Of a stretch of DNA of 64,000 bases, positions 23,553 to 39,442 are shown one piece after another. The stretch spans positions 186,001-250,000 of the forward strand of contig MCFH01000018.1 in the NCBI GenBank assembly GCA_002104945.1, written 5' to 3'. Both the position numbers and the translations under genes were made by a program. Source of the DNA: Piromyces finnis finn. Lineage: Eukaryota; Fungi; Neocallimastigomycota. Every line of letters starts with the position of its first letter. Within the stretch, counting starts at the first letter, position 1. The notes beneath the pieces were generated by a model. That model made no database searches and was not told the DNA's origin. It saw nothing but the letters and a program-made list of their open reading frames with translations.

Positions 23553-24080
<528 letters not shown>

Positions 24081-27000
24081 TATAAATGTCCAAAATAATA
24101 ATACTTTTTAATAAATAATATTATTGTTATACCATTTGTAAAAATAAAGAAAATGGTAAAAAGGCATTCATTATTTGTTTTAAATATTTTTAATAAAAAA
24201 TAGAATGTTAAACTTTTATTTCTATTGAAATTTGCTCTCCTTTCCAATTTATCTATAACTATCAATAGTTAAATACTAAATTCAATCCATACCATTATAT
24301 CCAACACACAATTAATATATATGGAAAATTTTTTATGTTTTATGTTTTATTTTTTTTTTTTTATTGATTTGAAATAAATTAATACAGAATATTTTTCTAA
24401 TCTATTTTTGTTTTATTTTTATTTTTAATTTTTTAGTTTTTGGTATTTTTTATTTTTCATATTTAAAAAATTACCAGTTCGCTTTTTAAGACTGATAATC
24501 CAATAATAATACATAGCCTTGATATATTAAATTTTTATTTTTGAATTTTAGTTTGTTTTTTGATTTTTTTGATTTTTTTAAAAAACAGCAATAAATAATT
24601 TTATTTCTTTTTTTGTTTGTTTGTTATTAAATATAGAGCACCTGAGAAAGATATACCATATTACAAGTTTATTATAATCATAATAGATCTTTCTAAAGGA
24701 ATTCTATATTGGGCTTTTTTACACTATTCAATAATTAAATGTATTTCTGAAAAGAAATAAAAACAAAAACGGAAGAAAATAAAAAGACTAGCTCTCATTT
24801 TCCTATTTAATTATTTTGATATATAGTGAGAATATAATTCTTCATTTTTTAGAGAAAAGTTTGATCCCATAATAATAGCCTTTCAGATCCCTTAAAGTTA
24901 ATATCTTTGAGTAACCCAGAACAAGTAGCAAATCTTATCAGATCAAAAGTAATTCAGAACGAATTTTATGACATCTTCTAAACAGTACTAATCCTTTTTT
25001 TATAAATTTTTTTCTCTTTATTTTGAAGAATTAAAAAAAAGGCAAGTTTTAAAAAATTTAGCGATATTAACATCATATTTATATTTTTTTCTTTTCCAAA
25101 AATTGAATTATTATTTCGAAATTTTTAATAAATTAAACTTTTTTTTTTTACTTTTTTACAATATTCTTTTAAAACATTTAAAAAAAGTCTAATTAATAAT
25201 AAAGTATAATTGAAGAATAATTAATTTTAATACATAATTATATAAAAAATATTAAAAAAAAAAGCACAATTTATTATTAAATTTATAAAAAACTATCATT
25301 ATTCATTATTCATTATTATTAGTAGTATTATATATTATGATCAATTATTAAATATCACTATCATTACTTCTACTATCATTAATACTTTATTTTATTCTAT
25401 ATCATATTAATTCAAAATATAGTTAGAACAACTAATAACAACACACTAATTGATTATTTTATTAAAAAAAAAGTATAATTAATATTTTTTTTTTACCTTC
25501 ATTTATTATTTACTATGTTAATTAATTTATCTAATTATCATATATTTATTCATTTATTTAATTGAAAAGTAAACTTTTTATTCATCTTACATGAAACACT
25601 TGGACACCAGTAAAGATCAATAATACAAATTACAAATACTAAAAATTAAAACTTTATTTATTATAATTTTAATGTTCAACAGTTTTAATACATTTAATAA
25701 TAATAATAATTATATCTTCAATCTTGATTATAATATTAATATTTTTTTTTATTAAAAGATCTTTTTTTAAAAAAAATAGAATTATGAAATATTTTAGTAA
25801 CTGATTTAATGTTATAAGCAGTAATAACTATTTTAGAATCTATGAAAATATAATAAATTTTAATTATTTTTTTTTAACTTTTATATTTTATTAAAAGTTT
25901 CATTTTTAACAATAGTAAACCTTTAAAAAATTTTAAATATTTTTTATAATAATATTTTTATATTTTTATTATTAATAATATTAAGTATATTAAGATATGC
26001 ATGTTTAAAAAAACTTCATTTTTTTTTTTTATAAATTTTATTTAATACTTACTAATAAAAACGTTTCATTTATAAAAAAAAAATAAAGTAAAATAAAAAG
26101 GAATTTTTTTATTATTGAATAAAATTAATAAATAAAATAATTAATATTGATGATACAAAAATAAATATGGATAAAGGTAATTTATTTTTCAAATACATAT
26201 ATAGTTTTATTATTATTATAAATATTATTTCATATAACTATTATTATAGTATACTTTGGAACGAAGATTAACAAACTAATATTTTTTTTAATAGTATAAT
26301 GTGTGTGTTTTTAAATTGAAATATGGTAAATATGTATATTATATTATAATATATATTACTATTATAATATAATATATATATATATTTTAATACATATTTT
26401 TTAATTATGTATTTAAAACTATGCAAACTCATAATAATATGTAAAAAATTACCCATTTTGAATAGAAAATATTTATTCTTTATTATTCTATAAAAAATTT
26501 AATATTTACATAATATATATGGTTTGCCTAATTCCTTTTCATAAAATCTAAAAATAATAAATAATAAAAGATCTTTGATAAAAGTTTCGTTTGTTTGTTA
26601 AAAATTATTGAAATAATTTTGTCAAGAGTATCGATATCTTCTATATGTTCTTAATTTCTATAAAAGTTATTTTATGAAATATTTTGTTTTTCTATTCTTT
26701 TTAGCTAAAATGGATTACTATATAATTTATTGTTAAATAAATCTGCATAATTTTCATGTCATTTTGTTGATATACATAATAAAAAAAATACAAAAATAGA
26801 ATAAATATAGAAATAAAATCAAAAAAAGGAAAAATAATATATTTAGATTAATTAATAAACTCATATATGGTAATATTTTATTTTAATTAATATTAAAAAA
26901 AAAAAAAGGAAATTTTTTCATTAATTAAAAATATAAAAAGCTCTTTTTTATGAAGCTCACACAAATTTATTGTTTTCTTACACCAGTGTTAAATTTTTCT

Positions 27001-27103
27001 ATAAATATTTTTTATTATTTTTATTGTTTATATAAATATATATAATATAAATAATATAAATAAATAAACTACCAAATATTCATTAATAAATTGTTAGTTT
27101 AAA

Positions 27104-27973
27104 ATGATATTAATAATTTCGATCTATATGTTGTTGCTTTTAATAAATGCAACAAGCATTTATTCATATTATATTGAAAATAATAAAGTAAATCTATTAA
27201 AGGATGTAAATAATATTGTAAATGATATAAAAAATATAAATTATTATTCAGAAGAATGTAATAATGCTTACTTAACTATACATCAATGTCCACTTTCTTC
27301 TAAATCACTAATAAATTACATAGATTTATGTGACAATTTAAGTAAATGTATGAAAATATTTAAAAATGTTGATTCTCTAAAAGCAACTCTTGCTGATTGC
27401 AATAATTCCGATACTGAAAACAAAATTATATTTGAAAATTATCATAATATAGCAGATAATATTATTCAACATCTGGAGACATTTTGTTATTTCGATGAAC
27501 AAAATCGCCTTTGTCCCCTTTCAAAAGAAATAAGAACCAATAATGAATTTACTAACATTATGTATGCAAATAATAATGATGATGTTGAAAAATATATTAA
27601 TAATATCAAATTATATCCTAAACATAGAATAAAAAATTTAGAAAGGCTAAAGAAAAATTGCTACTCCGAAAAATGTCGTCAAGCATCATTAAAATTCATT
27701 ATAAATTCTTGGAATGAAATATATTACTTAACCTTTGAAGAATATTGTTTGAAAAGAGACCAAATTAATATATTATTAAGTGATGAATGCTATTTATTAC
27801 AGCAAAAAGATACAAAAAATGAATCATTAGATGATCAACCTGGAATCCAAATTCCAGAATTAGACAAACCTCAAGAACAAACAAACAATACAAATAAAAA
27901 ACAAATATATGATCAAGAACTACTATTTAAATTAATTGAAAAAGAGTTATTCGAATTAGAGCAATATATGTAG
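27104..27973 (+). CDS. Secreted cysteine-rich protein of unknown function, intronless, 289 aa
   Basis: Hydrophobic N-terminal signal peptide (MILIISIYMLLLLINATSIYS), about 12 spaced Cys, acidic C-terminus with no hydrophobic GPI signal. Confidence 0.75.
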   Translation: MILIISIYMLLLLINATSIYSYYIENNKVNLLKDVNNIVNDIKNINYYSEECNNAYLTIHQCPLSSKSLINYIDLCDNLSKCMKIFKNVDSLKATLADCNNSDTENKIIFENYHNIADNIIQHLETFCYFDEQNRLCPLSKEIRTNNEFTNIMYANNNDDVEKYINNIKLYPKHRIKNLERLKKNCYSEKCRQASLKFIINSWNEIYYLTFEEYCLKRDQINILLSDECYLLQQKDTKNESLDDQPGIQIPELDKPQEQTNNTNKKQIYDQELLFKLIEKELFELEQYM

Positions 27974-29524
27974 AAAAAAAATAATATGAACCAAAACAAC
28001 ATAATTATAATTATTAATAATAATGATATAAATAAAAGTATATATATATATATATATATTTTTATTATTCATAAATAAATTGTTGATGATTATAAATATT
28101 TTTTCATATGTATATGTATGTATAATTGTTCTTGTGTAACATCTTTTTTTTTAAAAAAAAAATAAAGGGTTGATACTTTAATTATTACATTTGAGGTTAG
28201 ATTTTTAATAATAAAGATGCTTTTTAGATTTTTCAATAATAGAATAAAAATATATATTTTATTATTTATTCCTAAAAACAATATTATTAACATTAATAAT
28301 AAATAAAAATGTTTTAAATAATAGTATGAATCCTTTAAATCTAATTAAAAATTTATATTTGTTATAAATATTAAGCAATTTGATTTTTATTACTTTATAT
28401 CGATATTTAAAATTAAGTTTTTTTTTTTTTTTTTTTTTTAATACTTATTATTTAGTATTATTTGTTATATTGATAAAAATAAATTGTTGTCATAATAATA
28501 CATTAAAAAACATTTAATTATATTTCTTTAAAAAAATTTAAAATTTAAATAAATTCATATAATTTACTTATAATAAAAAACTACAATAATTAAAATATAT
28601 AACCAATTTAGTTCTTTAACTTCTTAACTTTTTACTACATAATTAAAAAACTAAATCATTGATTTATTTTCATATTTTTATTTTTTTTAATGAGCATATT
28701 AAAATTTAGCCAATCATTATATAAAAAGATATTTCTATTTTTTTTTTTTTTTATTTTCAAAAATAATTTAAAGATTTTTTAAAGTTTAAAAATTATTTAT
28801 TAATTATTAATAATAAAAATAAAGGAAATAAAAAGGAATTAAACTTTTTTTTTTTAATTAAATAAAAATAAAAAGGAAAATTATGTTATAGTGATAACAT
28901 AATATTAATTCAAATTGCTCAATTCCTTTATTATTATTTTAATTATTTAATTTATTTATGTTTAATTATTTAATTTATTATTTATAAAATTCTATTAATA
29001 TACCTTATAGAAATTAAATAGAAACTATAGACGAATTTCATTTCAATCTTTTTTTTTTTTTTCCTTACTTAAATATACACACTAACTATAATAATCATAT
29101 CATATTTAAATAATAAAAAAATATTATAGGTAAATGCAATATATATTTTGAATAAAAGTTTAATGAAGCTATAAAAGAAAAAAGATTTTAATAATAATTA
29201 TTAATTTTTAAAATAAATCAATTAGAATAATAAAAAGTTTTTTTCTCTTTTATATAACATATATTTATATTATACAAATGTATTAACAAAAAATATTAAT
29301 TTTTATTTTTAATTTTGCTTATATTATATTTATTATAAAATTGCTATAATTAATTCAATTATATGTTCATATTAATCAAATATAAAAACTTAAAAAATTA
29401 ATATTTATTAAATCTCTGGATTTATTTATATAAACATATCATCATTTATTTAATTTTCAAAAATAATTATTAAAAATTTAAATTCTATATGATAAATAAT
29501 TAAACAATAAAGTATAAAATAATA

Positions 29525-32500
29525 ATGGAATTACATCGTTGTCGTTTTGTAAATTACATCCCATCAGCTATTAATTGCTTAGCTTTAACTCCAAATACAT
29601 ATAAACCATACACTTTATTAGCTTGCGGTCGTGAAAATGGTGATATAGATATATGGGATCCAAGAGAAGGATGGTTTTTAAAGAAGGTATTTAATTTTTA
29701 AAATTATAAAATTAAAATTTCAATAAATTTCAATATATATAAAGTATTTTATTATCTAAACATTCAAATTTACGACAAAAATTAATATCATTTTAAAATT
29801 GAAATTATTTAATAAAATTAATTATAATAAAAAATAATTTATAAAAAATGTTCAACATTCATATTAAAAATTTTACTATAATAACAATAACAATAAAAAG
29901 ACTATCCCAGGAGGTTCAAATCAATCTGTTGAAACTGTTGTTTGGTCTCATCAAAATGTTATAACAGAGGATGAGGATGAAATTATTTCAGAAAAAGAAC
30001 GTGAAAAGTTATTAAAACAACAACTTCTTCAAGAACCAAGACTTTTTATTTCTGGTTTAAATGGTTTAATTACTGAATATGATATTCATACTTTATTACC
30101 AAAGGTTAGAATTTTTTAAATGAAATATAATTTGTAATATATAAAAATTATTATTTTTAAGAAAATTTCAAGGATTACAACAATAATCACAAAAACAAAA
30201 CAAAACAAGAATATACATATATATAATATTAAATGGGATATTTAAATTTATTACTTATATGTATTATAGAATGAAGTTAGTTCTAATGGTGGTCCAGTAT
30301 GGTGTGCCGCTGTTAATCATAAAGGAACAATTTTAGCTGTTGGTTGTGAAGATGGATGTATTCGCTTATTTGATATTGCTGATGGAAATTTAGAATATAT
30401 GCGTTCATTAGATCGTCAAGATGGTAGAATACTTTCATTAACTTGGTCATATGATGACAATACTATTATATCTGGTTCATCTGTTAGTATTATTCATTGT
30501 CTTGATGTTAAACTTGGTAAGTATTTAATTTATTTTTATAAATATAAGAAAAATATAAAATTTCTAGTTAAAGAATATAAGTATATAGCTTATTAATAAT
30601 ATATAATATTTCTTTATAAATTATAATTGAATGAATTTTATTATTATTATTTAATAGGCCAAATCTCTCGTAGAATTACTGTTGATAAAATTCGTGGTGA
30701 AGATACTCTTGTTTGGGCATTAGTAGCTTTAAAGTAAGTATAGATAAAGTATTTTTATTTTATTATTAAATTATTATGTTTAAAAAAAATATAGCCTTTT
30801 TTTTTTTTTCTTTTTTCGAAAGAAATTAAAACTAAATATTAAAAACATACTTCATTTTTTCTTTTAAAGGGATGGTACTATTGTTAGTGGTGATTCTTTA
30901 GGTAATGTTCAATTCTGGGACAGTAAAATGGGTACTCTAATTAAAGGATACAAAGAAGTTCATAAAGCTGATGTTCTTTGTTTAACTGCAACTGAGGATG
31001 GTGCTTATGTATTTTCTTCTGGTGTTGACAGAAAAATCGTTCGTTTTTCTACTGTTACAAATACTAATCAAAAGGGAAGAAGAAGTAAAGAACAATGGGT
31101 TGTTGCAGGAGAAAGACGTTATCATTCTCATGATGTTCGTTCTTTAATTGTTTGTGAACAATACAATACTTTATTATCTGGAGGTAAATTTTTACTTTAT
31201 TCTTTAATATAATTTACTAAAATTTTTGTAACTTTTAATATAATATAATGATATTGTATATAAATATAAAATATTATATATATATTGGAAATATATATTT
31301 TCTTTCTAAATCATTTATTATCATATATATAAAATAAATAGGTGTTGATACCACTGTTGTTACTTGCGAGTTAAATTCATTCCCATTCGGAAAGGTTATT
31401 CACTTACAAGCATTCCCATCAAAACCACTTATTCAATTATCGAAAAGTAAAAAGTTAATGATGTGTCAATTAAACAATACTATTGAATTATGGAAACTTG
31501 GTGATAGTGAGTTTTATTATTCCTAAAATATTTATTAATTTTTAACATTATTTTTAATATTACAATTAATAAATAGCAATAATAACATATTTTATATTAT
31601 ACAATCATTTATTATTAATTTCCTATTTATTTAGTTGTTCCACATGGAAAAGAAAAATTACATTTAGGTACTCAACTTGAATTTGAAAAAATGAACAAAA
31701 AATTGTTAGCTTTAAATTTAAAGGTATTATTAATTTTTTAATTAATGAAAAAAAAAAAAAAATTGAAAAATTTATATTAGTTATTAATAATTTTAATTAT
31801 TATTATTATCATTATCATTATTATTATTATCATTTAAATTTAGAATGATAACAATATAATATCTTCAGCTATCTCTGAAAACGGGGCCTGGATTGCTGTT
31901 TCTACCATTGAAGAAATTAAATTATTCCATATAAAATATTCTCAAGTAAAATAATTTATTTTATTATTATTATTATTATTGTTATTATTTATAATATATA
32001 ATACAATGATTATAACGTGTAATCCTAATAATTTTTAATATTTTTTTTTATATGATATTTAACAATAATTTCGATTAAAACATCTTTTAAAGAAATCAAC
32101 AAAGGTTGAAATCAATAAAGTTAGAGAAATTGAAAAATTACAAATATCAGGTGCTCATAAATTAATTTTTGCCCCATGTTCCACAAAGTTAGTTGTTGCT
32201 GGTATTGACTCCATAATATATGTTTTAGATTTATCAAATGTTGAAAAGAAATATAGCGCTAATAAAATGGATAGTGATGATATTGAAGAAGATGAAAATC
32301 AATATGATATTATTCTTTTAAAGGAATTTGAACAACATTCCAGTGATGCTTCTAATAATACTATCTGTTCATTAGCTGTCAGTAATGATAGTCAATGGTT
32401 AGCTTCTGGTGATACAAATAATAATATTTATGTATTCAACTTAGATACTTTATTAGTAAGTATTTAAAATTTTGATTGATTTCTAAGTTTAACATTTTGA

Positions 32501-33144
32501 AAATTCCATTAATAATAATTTATTATAAACCTTAATATATATATGTATTAATATTTGAACTTTATAAATTATAGTATCATTCAAAATTACCATCATTCTC
32601 ATCATTCCATACTTCAATAAGTTTCCATCCATTATCAGCAACTATAGTTGTTACATGCTTATCTAATGAATTCTTTATTTATGATGTTGAAGAGAAGGGT
32701 TTTGCTAATTGGACTAAGGAATATCTTAATAAACTTCCAGAAGCTTTCTTAAAACTTAATGAAAAATCAAAGATTATGGGTGTAAGTTTCAATATTTCTG
32801 ATCCAAATACCATGACATTATGGTCTTCTGAATATATATGCCAAATTGATTTATCAAAACCAATAAATATTCAATTACCAAATCGTAAACGTCGTTTTAA
32901 TGAAAATAATGATGCTAATGTTCTAGAAAATGCAAGAGCTGCTTTAGTAAATGCAGAAGATAATGAAAAGAACGAATTTAAAAAATTAAAACAAAACTAT
33001 CATTTCTCTGTTATTACTCGTTATAAGCAAATCATGTTTATGGAATACCTTAATGATAATGAAAGTGTAATTGTAGAAAGACCATGGTTCTCAATTTTAG
33101 AAAAACTTCCACAAAGTTTCTACAGACACAAATATGGTACTTAA
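29525..33144 (+). CDS. UTP4: U3 snoRNA-associated WD40 protein Utp4/cirhin (multi-exon)
   Basis: N-terminus MELHRCRFVNYIPSAINCLA; exons with GGPVWC, LSLTW, WALVAL, SGDSLGNVQFWD, HKADVLCL, SGVDR, HSHDVRSL; C-terminus VERPWFSILEKLPQSFYRHKYGT*. GT-AG introns. Confidence 0.9.
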
Positions 33145-34038
33145 GGTGCTTTATCATTTTATTTTTATTTTATTTCAATTTATTTATAATATTTTTTTTT
33201 ATATTAATAAAAGAGATTTTTAGTTTTATTATTATGGATTTTTTTTTATTATCATTTTCCCATTTCCTATTCTCCTATTCTCTATATGAATATAATATAA
33301 AGAATATTAATTATATATAAAATACTCTTTATATATAATTTTTTTTAAAAAAATCATTATTATAAAGCAATTTATTTTTAAAAAATTTATATTATATTAA
33401 AAATTATGATTTTTTTTTTTATTTTTTTAAATTATTTAATTCTATCCTAAAAATATTAAAATAAAAAAAAAAAAAAAAAATCTATATTATAAAAATTACT
33501 TTAATTATTGTGTATCATGTGTATCATTTATTTTTTGGATGTGTAAATATTTTTAAAAAATATTTATTAAAATAGAGTTTTTGAACGCATATTATCTACA
33601 AATACTACAAATACTAATAATGAAAAAAAAAAAAAAAAAAAAAAACATAATAATAAATAGTCAAGATAAAATAATAGTACTTGTTATATATATATATAAA
33701 GGATAGATTAATAGTAATAATAATAATAAATAGTAGAGTAATAATAAAAATTATAAAAATAAATGATTATTTTAATTGAAGATGAACTAAGATGAATTAT
33801 TTAATGGTATATTTTAAAGATAGAAATATCATTTATTTTTAATAAATAAATAAAAAATTTATATAATACTGATTATTATAATTTTTCTTTTTAACGAATT
33901 AACGAATAGTTTTTAGCTTAATTTGTCATAAAAAGGTATATTATTATTTAATATATATATGATTAAATAAATGATAATAATAATAAAAAAGAAATAATAT
34001 AATTGTCCTTATATATTTTAAGATATATTTAAATATTA

Positions 34039-37000
34039 TTAATTATCATCATTATCATTGTCTTCATGTACAACTAATCCAAAATCATTACTATTTCTCA
34101 TAATTTCTCGAGCTTTTTTCAAATCTTCTTCAATTTCTTTATTAAGGTGATTATCTTCAGCAATAAGTCTTATTCCGCATTCAGGAACAAGGACTTCTTG
34201 AATATATTCAAATGGTTCCTATATATATAAAATATTTAAATGTTTAATATTTATTGTTTTGCTTTAATTGATAATACCTTTTTTTTTTCTTTTTTTTTTT
34301 TAAAATATTATTATTTATAATGCTTTATATGATACTATATATATATTACCTGTGGTTTGGATAATTCATATGTAAGTATCTTTTCTGTTTTTATTACGAT
34401 CTTTGGTATTTTTTCAGTTTTTTCTTGATCATTATGATTGGAATCCTCATTTTCATGAGAGGTTTGTTTTTTAACAAAAAACATATCTTGAAGGATTTTT
34501 GTTATAATATTAAATCCTTTACTTCCATAATAACCTACTAAAATCTTTTCAAAACGGTTGATAAGTGAATTGAAATTTCTTGCTTTATTTATTCCTAATC
34601 TTTCATATTCATTTAATGATAATTCTCTAAAATAAGATTTTTTCTTTCCATATATGATATCAAAAAGATCATTTTTAAAATTATAAATTCGTTGTTTTAA
34701 CAAATCAAATCTAATATGAAGAGGGTATCCTTTTTTAATTCCTTCTGGTATAATTACTAATTTTGCTTGATGAAGACGACAAAATTCGTACTATATATAC
34801 ATTGTTAATTATATAAATTAAAATTTTAGTTTTATAATTATTAGTAGTTATTTAATACTCAGTAATATTATTATTAATTCGAAAATAAAACAAAACAAAG
34901 CAATTTTTTTTTTAATTTCCATTTTTTTTTTTTTTTTTTTTAGAATTTACCTGCTTTATTAATGGTATATTAAATGTTATAATTTCTCCGTCTTTTTTCA
35001 TATGATTTGTTTCTAAAAAGTCTCTAAGAGCAGTGTATACTGATTTTTCCATTTCCTCATAATATTCATATTTACAGTAGGGGCATTTAAAGGTTGCTTT
35101 ATCTCCTTGACCATTATAACTATTATTAATAATATTTTTCTTTTTTAAAGATAATAATCTTCCACTTTTTAAATAATCATCCAAACTAATTTTTTGTTTC
35201 GATTTTTCAAAATTATTTACTTTTAGTAAAGGAGTATCAAATTTAAAGGCTTCTTCATCAAATTCTTCATTTTCAAAATTTTTTACCATTTGCTTAAACA
35301 TATCAAATTGCTCATCATATATATTGTTTTTATCATCTTCACTAATAGACGCTATTATTTTATTATCATTTTTCTTTGTTTCCTTCCTTTCTTTTTGTTG
35401 ATTCATAAAATCTAATTTATCTGATGATGATTTTTCTTCAGCAAAATTACCTTTTTGACTTTCTGAATGATAATTTGATTCAATTAAATCATTCTTATTT
35501 TCTGATTTTTTTAATGTTTTCTGAATTAATTCATAGGATTTAATTTTTTGATTCTCTGCAATATCATTCATAATATTAATATTATTAACTAATTCGTCAA
35601 GATCATATTTTCCATTTGCTTTTTTTATTTCATTGTTAAAATTATTTTTTGATTGTTCCTTTTGTTGTTTTTTTGGGAATTCTAAAATCGTTTGAAAAGA
35701 TGCTTTTCCATTGTTCTTTTTTATTTCCTTTTTATTTCTAATTTTTGAGATGGTTTTATTTGTAATCTTTTGAGATGTTTTAGGCTTTAAATTATTTTTT
35801 TTATACTCTTTAATTTTCCTATCAGTAGAATTTAACTTATTATTTATTCTTTGATCTATTTTTTTATTTTTATCATTATTAGTAGTACTTATTACATTTG
35901 ATGATAATTTAAATGTTCTAGGTATAAAATCTTTTTTATTTTCTTCTTTTTTCAATGAATTCTTACTGCTTAATTCTTGATGACTATCTTTTTTCATTAA
36001 TTCAAATGCATTTTTTTCATATACTTGCTTATTATTTTGTTTTTTTAATTTATCTTTTTTCGATTTAACAATTAGTTTTTTTTTATTATCATCTTCATCC
36101 TCTGATGTTAACTTTTGAAATAATTCTTCTGGAGTCACAAGTGAATTTAAATCATCATCATCATCATCATCTTCTTTTTCTTCTTCTTTATTTTTAGTTA
36201 CTTTTTTCTTATAATCATTAATCTTCTCTGAATCTTTGTTTATTGAAGTATAAGGCCTTTTTTTATTTTTATTTAATAAGGAATTATCAATAGAAGGAAA
36301 TCGTTTTTCTTTTAATGAATTTAATCTCTCAGGAATATTATCTTTTGCTATAGGTATATTATTTTGATCAATTTTTCTGAAAGTTTTGTTGTTTTTATTG
36401 GTGTTATTATTAATTAATGCACTAGTAAGTAAATCCTTTGATTCTGGGAAAATCGAATCATCATCTGAATCTTCATTGTTATTTAAATTTTTTCTATTAA
36501 TATTATTGCTATTAACTTTAGGGTATTTATTATGGTCTTTTATATCTTTAATATTTTTATTTTGGGATTCTTTTTCATTATTTTCATTTTTTATTTCCTT
36601 TGATTTTTGAAACTTTGGAGGTATATCTTTTATTTTATTTGAAAAACCAAAGCTACTAAAGCTTTCTGATTCTTTACTTTTAAAAGGATTTTTATTATTT
36701 TTTATATTTTCATTGCTGTTTATTTCATTTTTATTTATTATCTTTTTTTCATTATCACATTTATTAAAATTCTCATTAATATTTTTGCTTAATTCTTTCT
36801 GGATTGCTTCATTTGGTTTCGGTAAATCTATATCTTCATTATCTTTTTCAATTCTATTCTCTTTTTGTATTTTGATATTATTAATAATACTTTTTATGGA
36901 GATACTTTTAGTTTGTTCAAATATATTAATTTTTTCACCCATTTTGTTAATGGTGTTACTATTAAGTGCATTTTTTTCGAGTGAGTGTGTAAGTATATCT

Positions 37001-37701
37001 TCTGATTTCGGTAGTTCTGGATCATAATCTGAATTATTAAAACTAAATTTATTTTCCATTTCATTAAGCTTTTTCTTTTTATTTTGCGGCATACTTTTTT
37101 TAATATCACTTATCGATTGTAATTTATTTTTGTCTTTATTTCTTTTTAAATCAAAATTATTATTATTTTTTAATGATTTTGATAATTCTTTTTTTGGATT
37201 TGGAAATTCCAAATCTTCTTCCAAATTATCATAATACCTTAAATGCTTATTTCCTTTATTAATATGTTTATCCTCTTTTTTAATACTATTTAAGTTAGAA
37301 GTATTGAAGAATTTCAAAATACTGTTATCTTTTTTAAAAGATTTAGTTTTATTATGCTCTTTTTTACAATAATTTAATTGAGAATCTGATAATATCACAG
37401 AGGCTTCTGGTAATTCATCACTTGAGTAATTTTCTGTGTTGTCTGATATATTATTTTCCTTGTTACTAAATGTAGATTTCTCTTGATTTATCAATTTATT
37501 TTTTCCTTTTGTTGGATTTATTGTATTGAGTATAGTACTAATATTATTTCCATTATTATTTTTTTTCATTTTACTCTCATTTGATTGTGAATTACAAACT
37601 GTTTTTTCTTTGTTTACATGAACCTTTTTACAATTTTTTTTATTCTCTCTATCACATTTCTCGTTAGAAAATGGATTTGTAACTGAAAATAAATTATTCA
37701 T
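34039..37701 (-). CDS. RTC4-like domain protein: long Lys/Asn-rich low-complexity N-terminus plus C-terminal RTC4-like domain (3 exons: ~37701-34951, 34790-34350, 34218-34039)
   Basis: C-terminal exons read YEFCRLHQAK...GYP...GYYGSKG...EVLVPECGIRLIAED...AREIMRNSNDFG, the RTC4-like (PF14474-type) pattern; CPYC just upstream. Confidence 0.78.
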
Positions 37702-38392
37702 TTTATAATAAAAATATTTAAAGAAAATGTTTTATTTTAAATTATTAATGTTATATATTATCAAACTTTATTTTCATATTATATATTTCTATTCTACAAA
37801 TAAAATAAAACAATATTTGATGTTCCTTTAGTTCTCTTAACATTTTATAATTTAAAAACATTAAGTATTTATGATTACGATATTTATATATTAAATTTAA
37901 TTAAAATCTAAAATCATTATTATTCAGATTATTAAAATTAAAAAAAATCAACCCATTTTTATTATTTTTTATTTTTTTTTTTAAAAAATTTTTATTAATT
38001 TATTTTTATTTAACTTTAATAAGAATTTTTTTTTGAAAAGTTTTATATTTAAATTGGTATATAAAAAAAGTATTTTTTTTATAGTATGATATTAAAAGCA
38101 AATTATAGAAATGAATCATTTAATTTTGAATATTCTATAATTTCAAGTTATAAGATGTCAATTCATTTTATACTAGATTAAACATTAATAGAAAAATTGG
38201 TTTTTTTTTTATTTTTTTTTTTTTGTTATTTTGAGATTAAGACAAGATGAGTCGAACGTTAAAAGCGAGGGTGGCTTTAGCAGATAATAACAAATAAAAT
38301 ACGACAAAAATATTTAAATAAGAAATAAATAAATAAATAAATAAGTAAAAAACGAATAGCTAGGAAGGAATAATATTTTCATTTCAAATAAA

Positions 38393-38972
38393 TTAGTTAT
38401 TCATTTCATCAAATTCCATTTCAGTATTAATTGCATTATCATTAATATCGTTGGAATTGTCTGTTAAATTATTATTTATATCAATTTCAACTTCTGCATC
38501 AATATTATCTTCCTCTTCTTCCTCTTCTTCCTCTTCCTCTTCCTCCTCAACTTCCTCTTCCTCTTCTTCTTCTTCTTCCAATTCATCTAATCTTTGGTTT
38601 GTATTAATCTTTTTTTATATTTTTATATGTTAATATATTAATAGAATTGTTAAAACCTTAATATCAATATTAAGATATTATCAAATTTACCTCCATTTGT
38701 TTAATATCAACGGATGAGCTTCCTTTTTTTAGTGATGTAAGCTTTTTAATGATTATATTTTTATTTTTGTAGAAAATCAAATATAATTTTAGAATCTAAA
38801 AAATATAATAATTACATTATTTTTATATATTTTTTTCAATAATTACAGCTGCTTTATATCTTGCTTCTTCTGCATCTAACAATTCTAACTCCTCTTCTCT
38901 TGATAAGCGATAATTCCAAAATATTGTACAAGAAGGAAAATCTAATGAAGGAAAATAATAATTATTCGACAT
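38393..38972 (-). CDS. APC15: Probable APC/C subunit 15 (Apc15/Mnd2-like), 3 exons
   Basis: Exon 1 MSNNYYFPSLDFPSCTIFWNYRLSREEELELLDAEEARYKAA resembles the ANAPC15 N-terminus (FPSL-FP...W...E-EL); last exon is a poly-Glu acidic tail. Middle exon less certain. Confidence 0.6.
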
Positions 38973-39305
38973 TTAATTGAAAACGACTTTTTTTTGTAAA
39001 ATATTAAAGCATGAGATTTCGCGTTATTTATTTATATTATTATAAGGATAAGCTGTATATTTATTTTATTTATTTTACTAATTTCTATATTAATATATAT
39101 TTATATTTCAATAGCTTTTATATTTGATCTCTATTATTGTTTTTACTATTAAAATAAAATTGATAGTAATTACTAATACTAATAAATTTAAAAAAAAAAT
39201 TTAATTAAATTCATATAAATTAAAATTAATATTTACCAAATATTTCATAATTAAAAATTATTTTTTTATATTTTTATATAGTATATTATATAAATTATTT
39301 GGATG

Positions 39306-39314
39306 TAAATAAAA

Positions 39315-39389
<75 letters not shown>

Positions 39390-39442
39390 ATGAATGAATG
39401 AATGAATAAATAAATAAATAAATGAATAAATAAATAAATAAA
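39306..39442. repeat. (AAAT)n / (GAAT)n microsatellite
   Basis: Direct reading. Confidence 0.93.
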
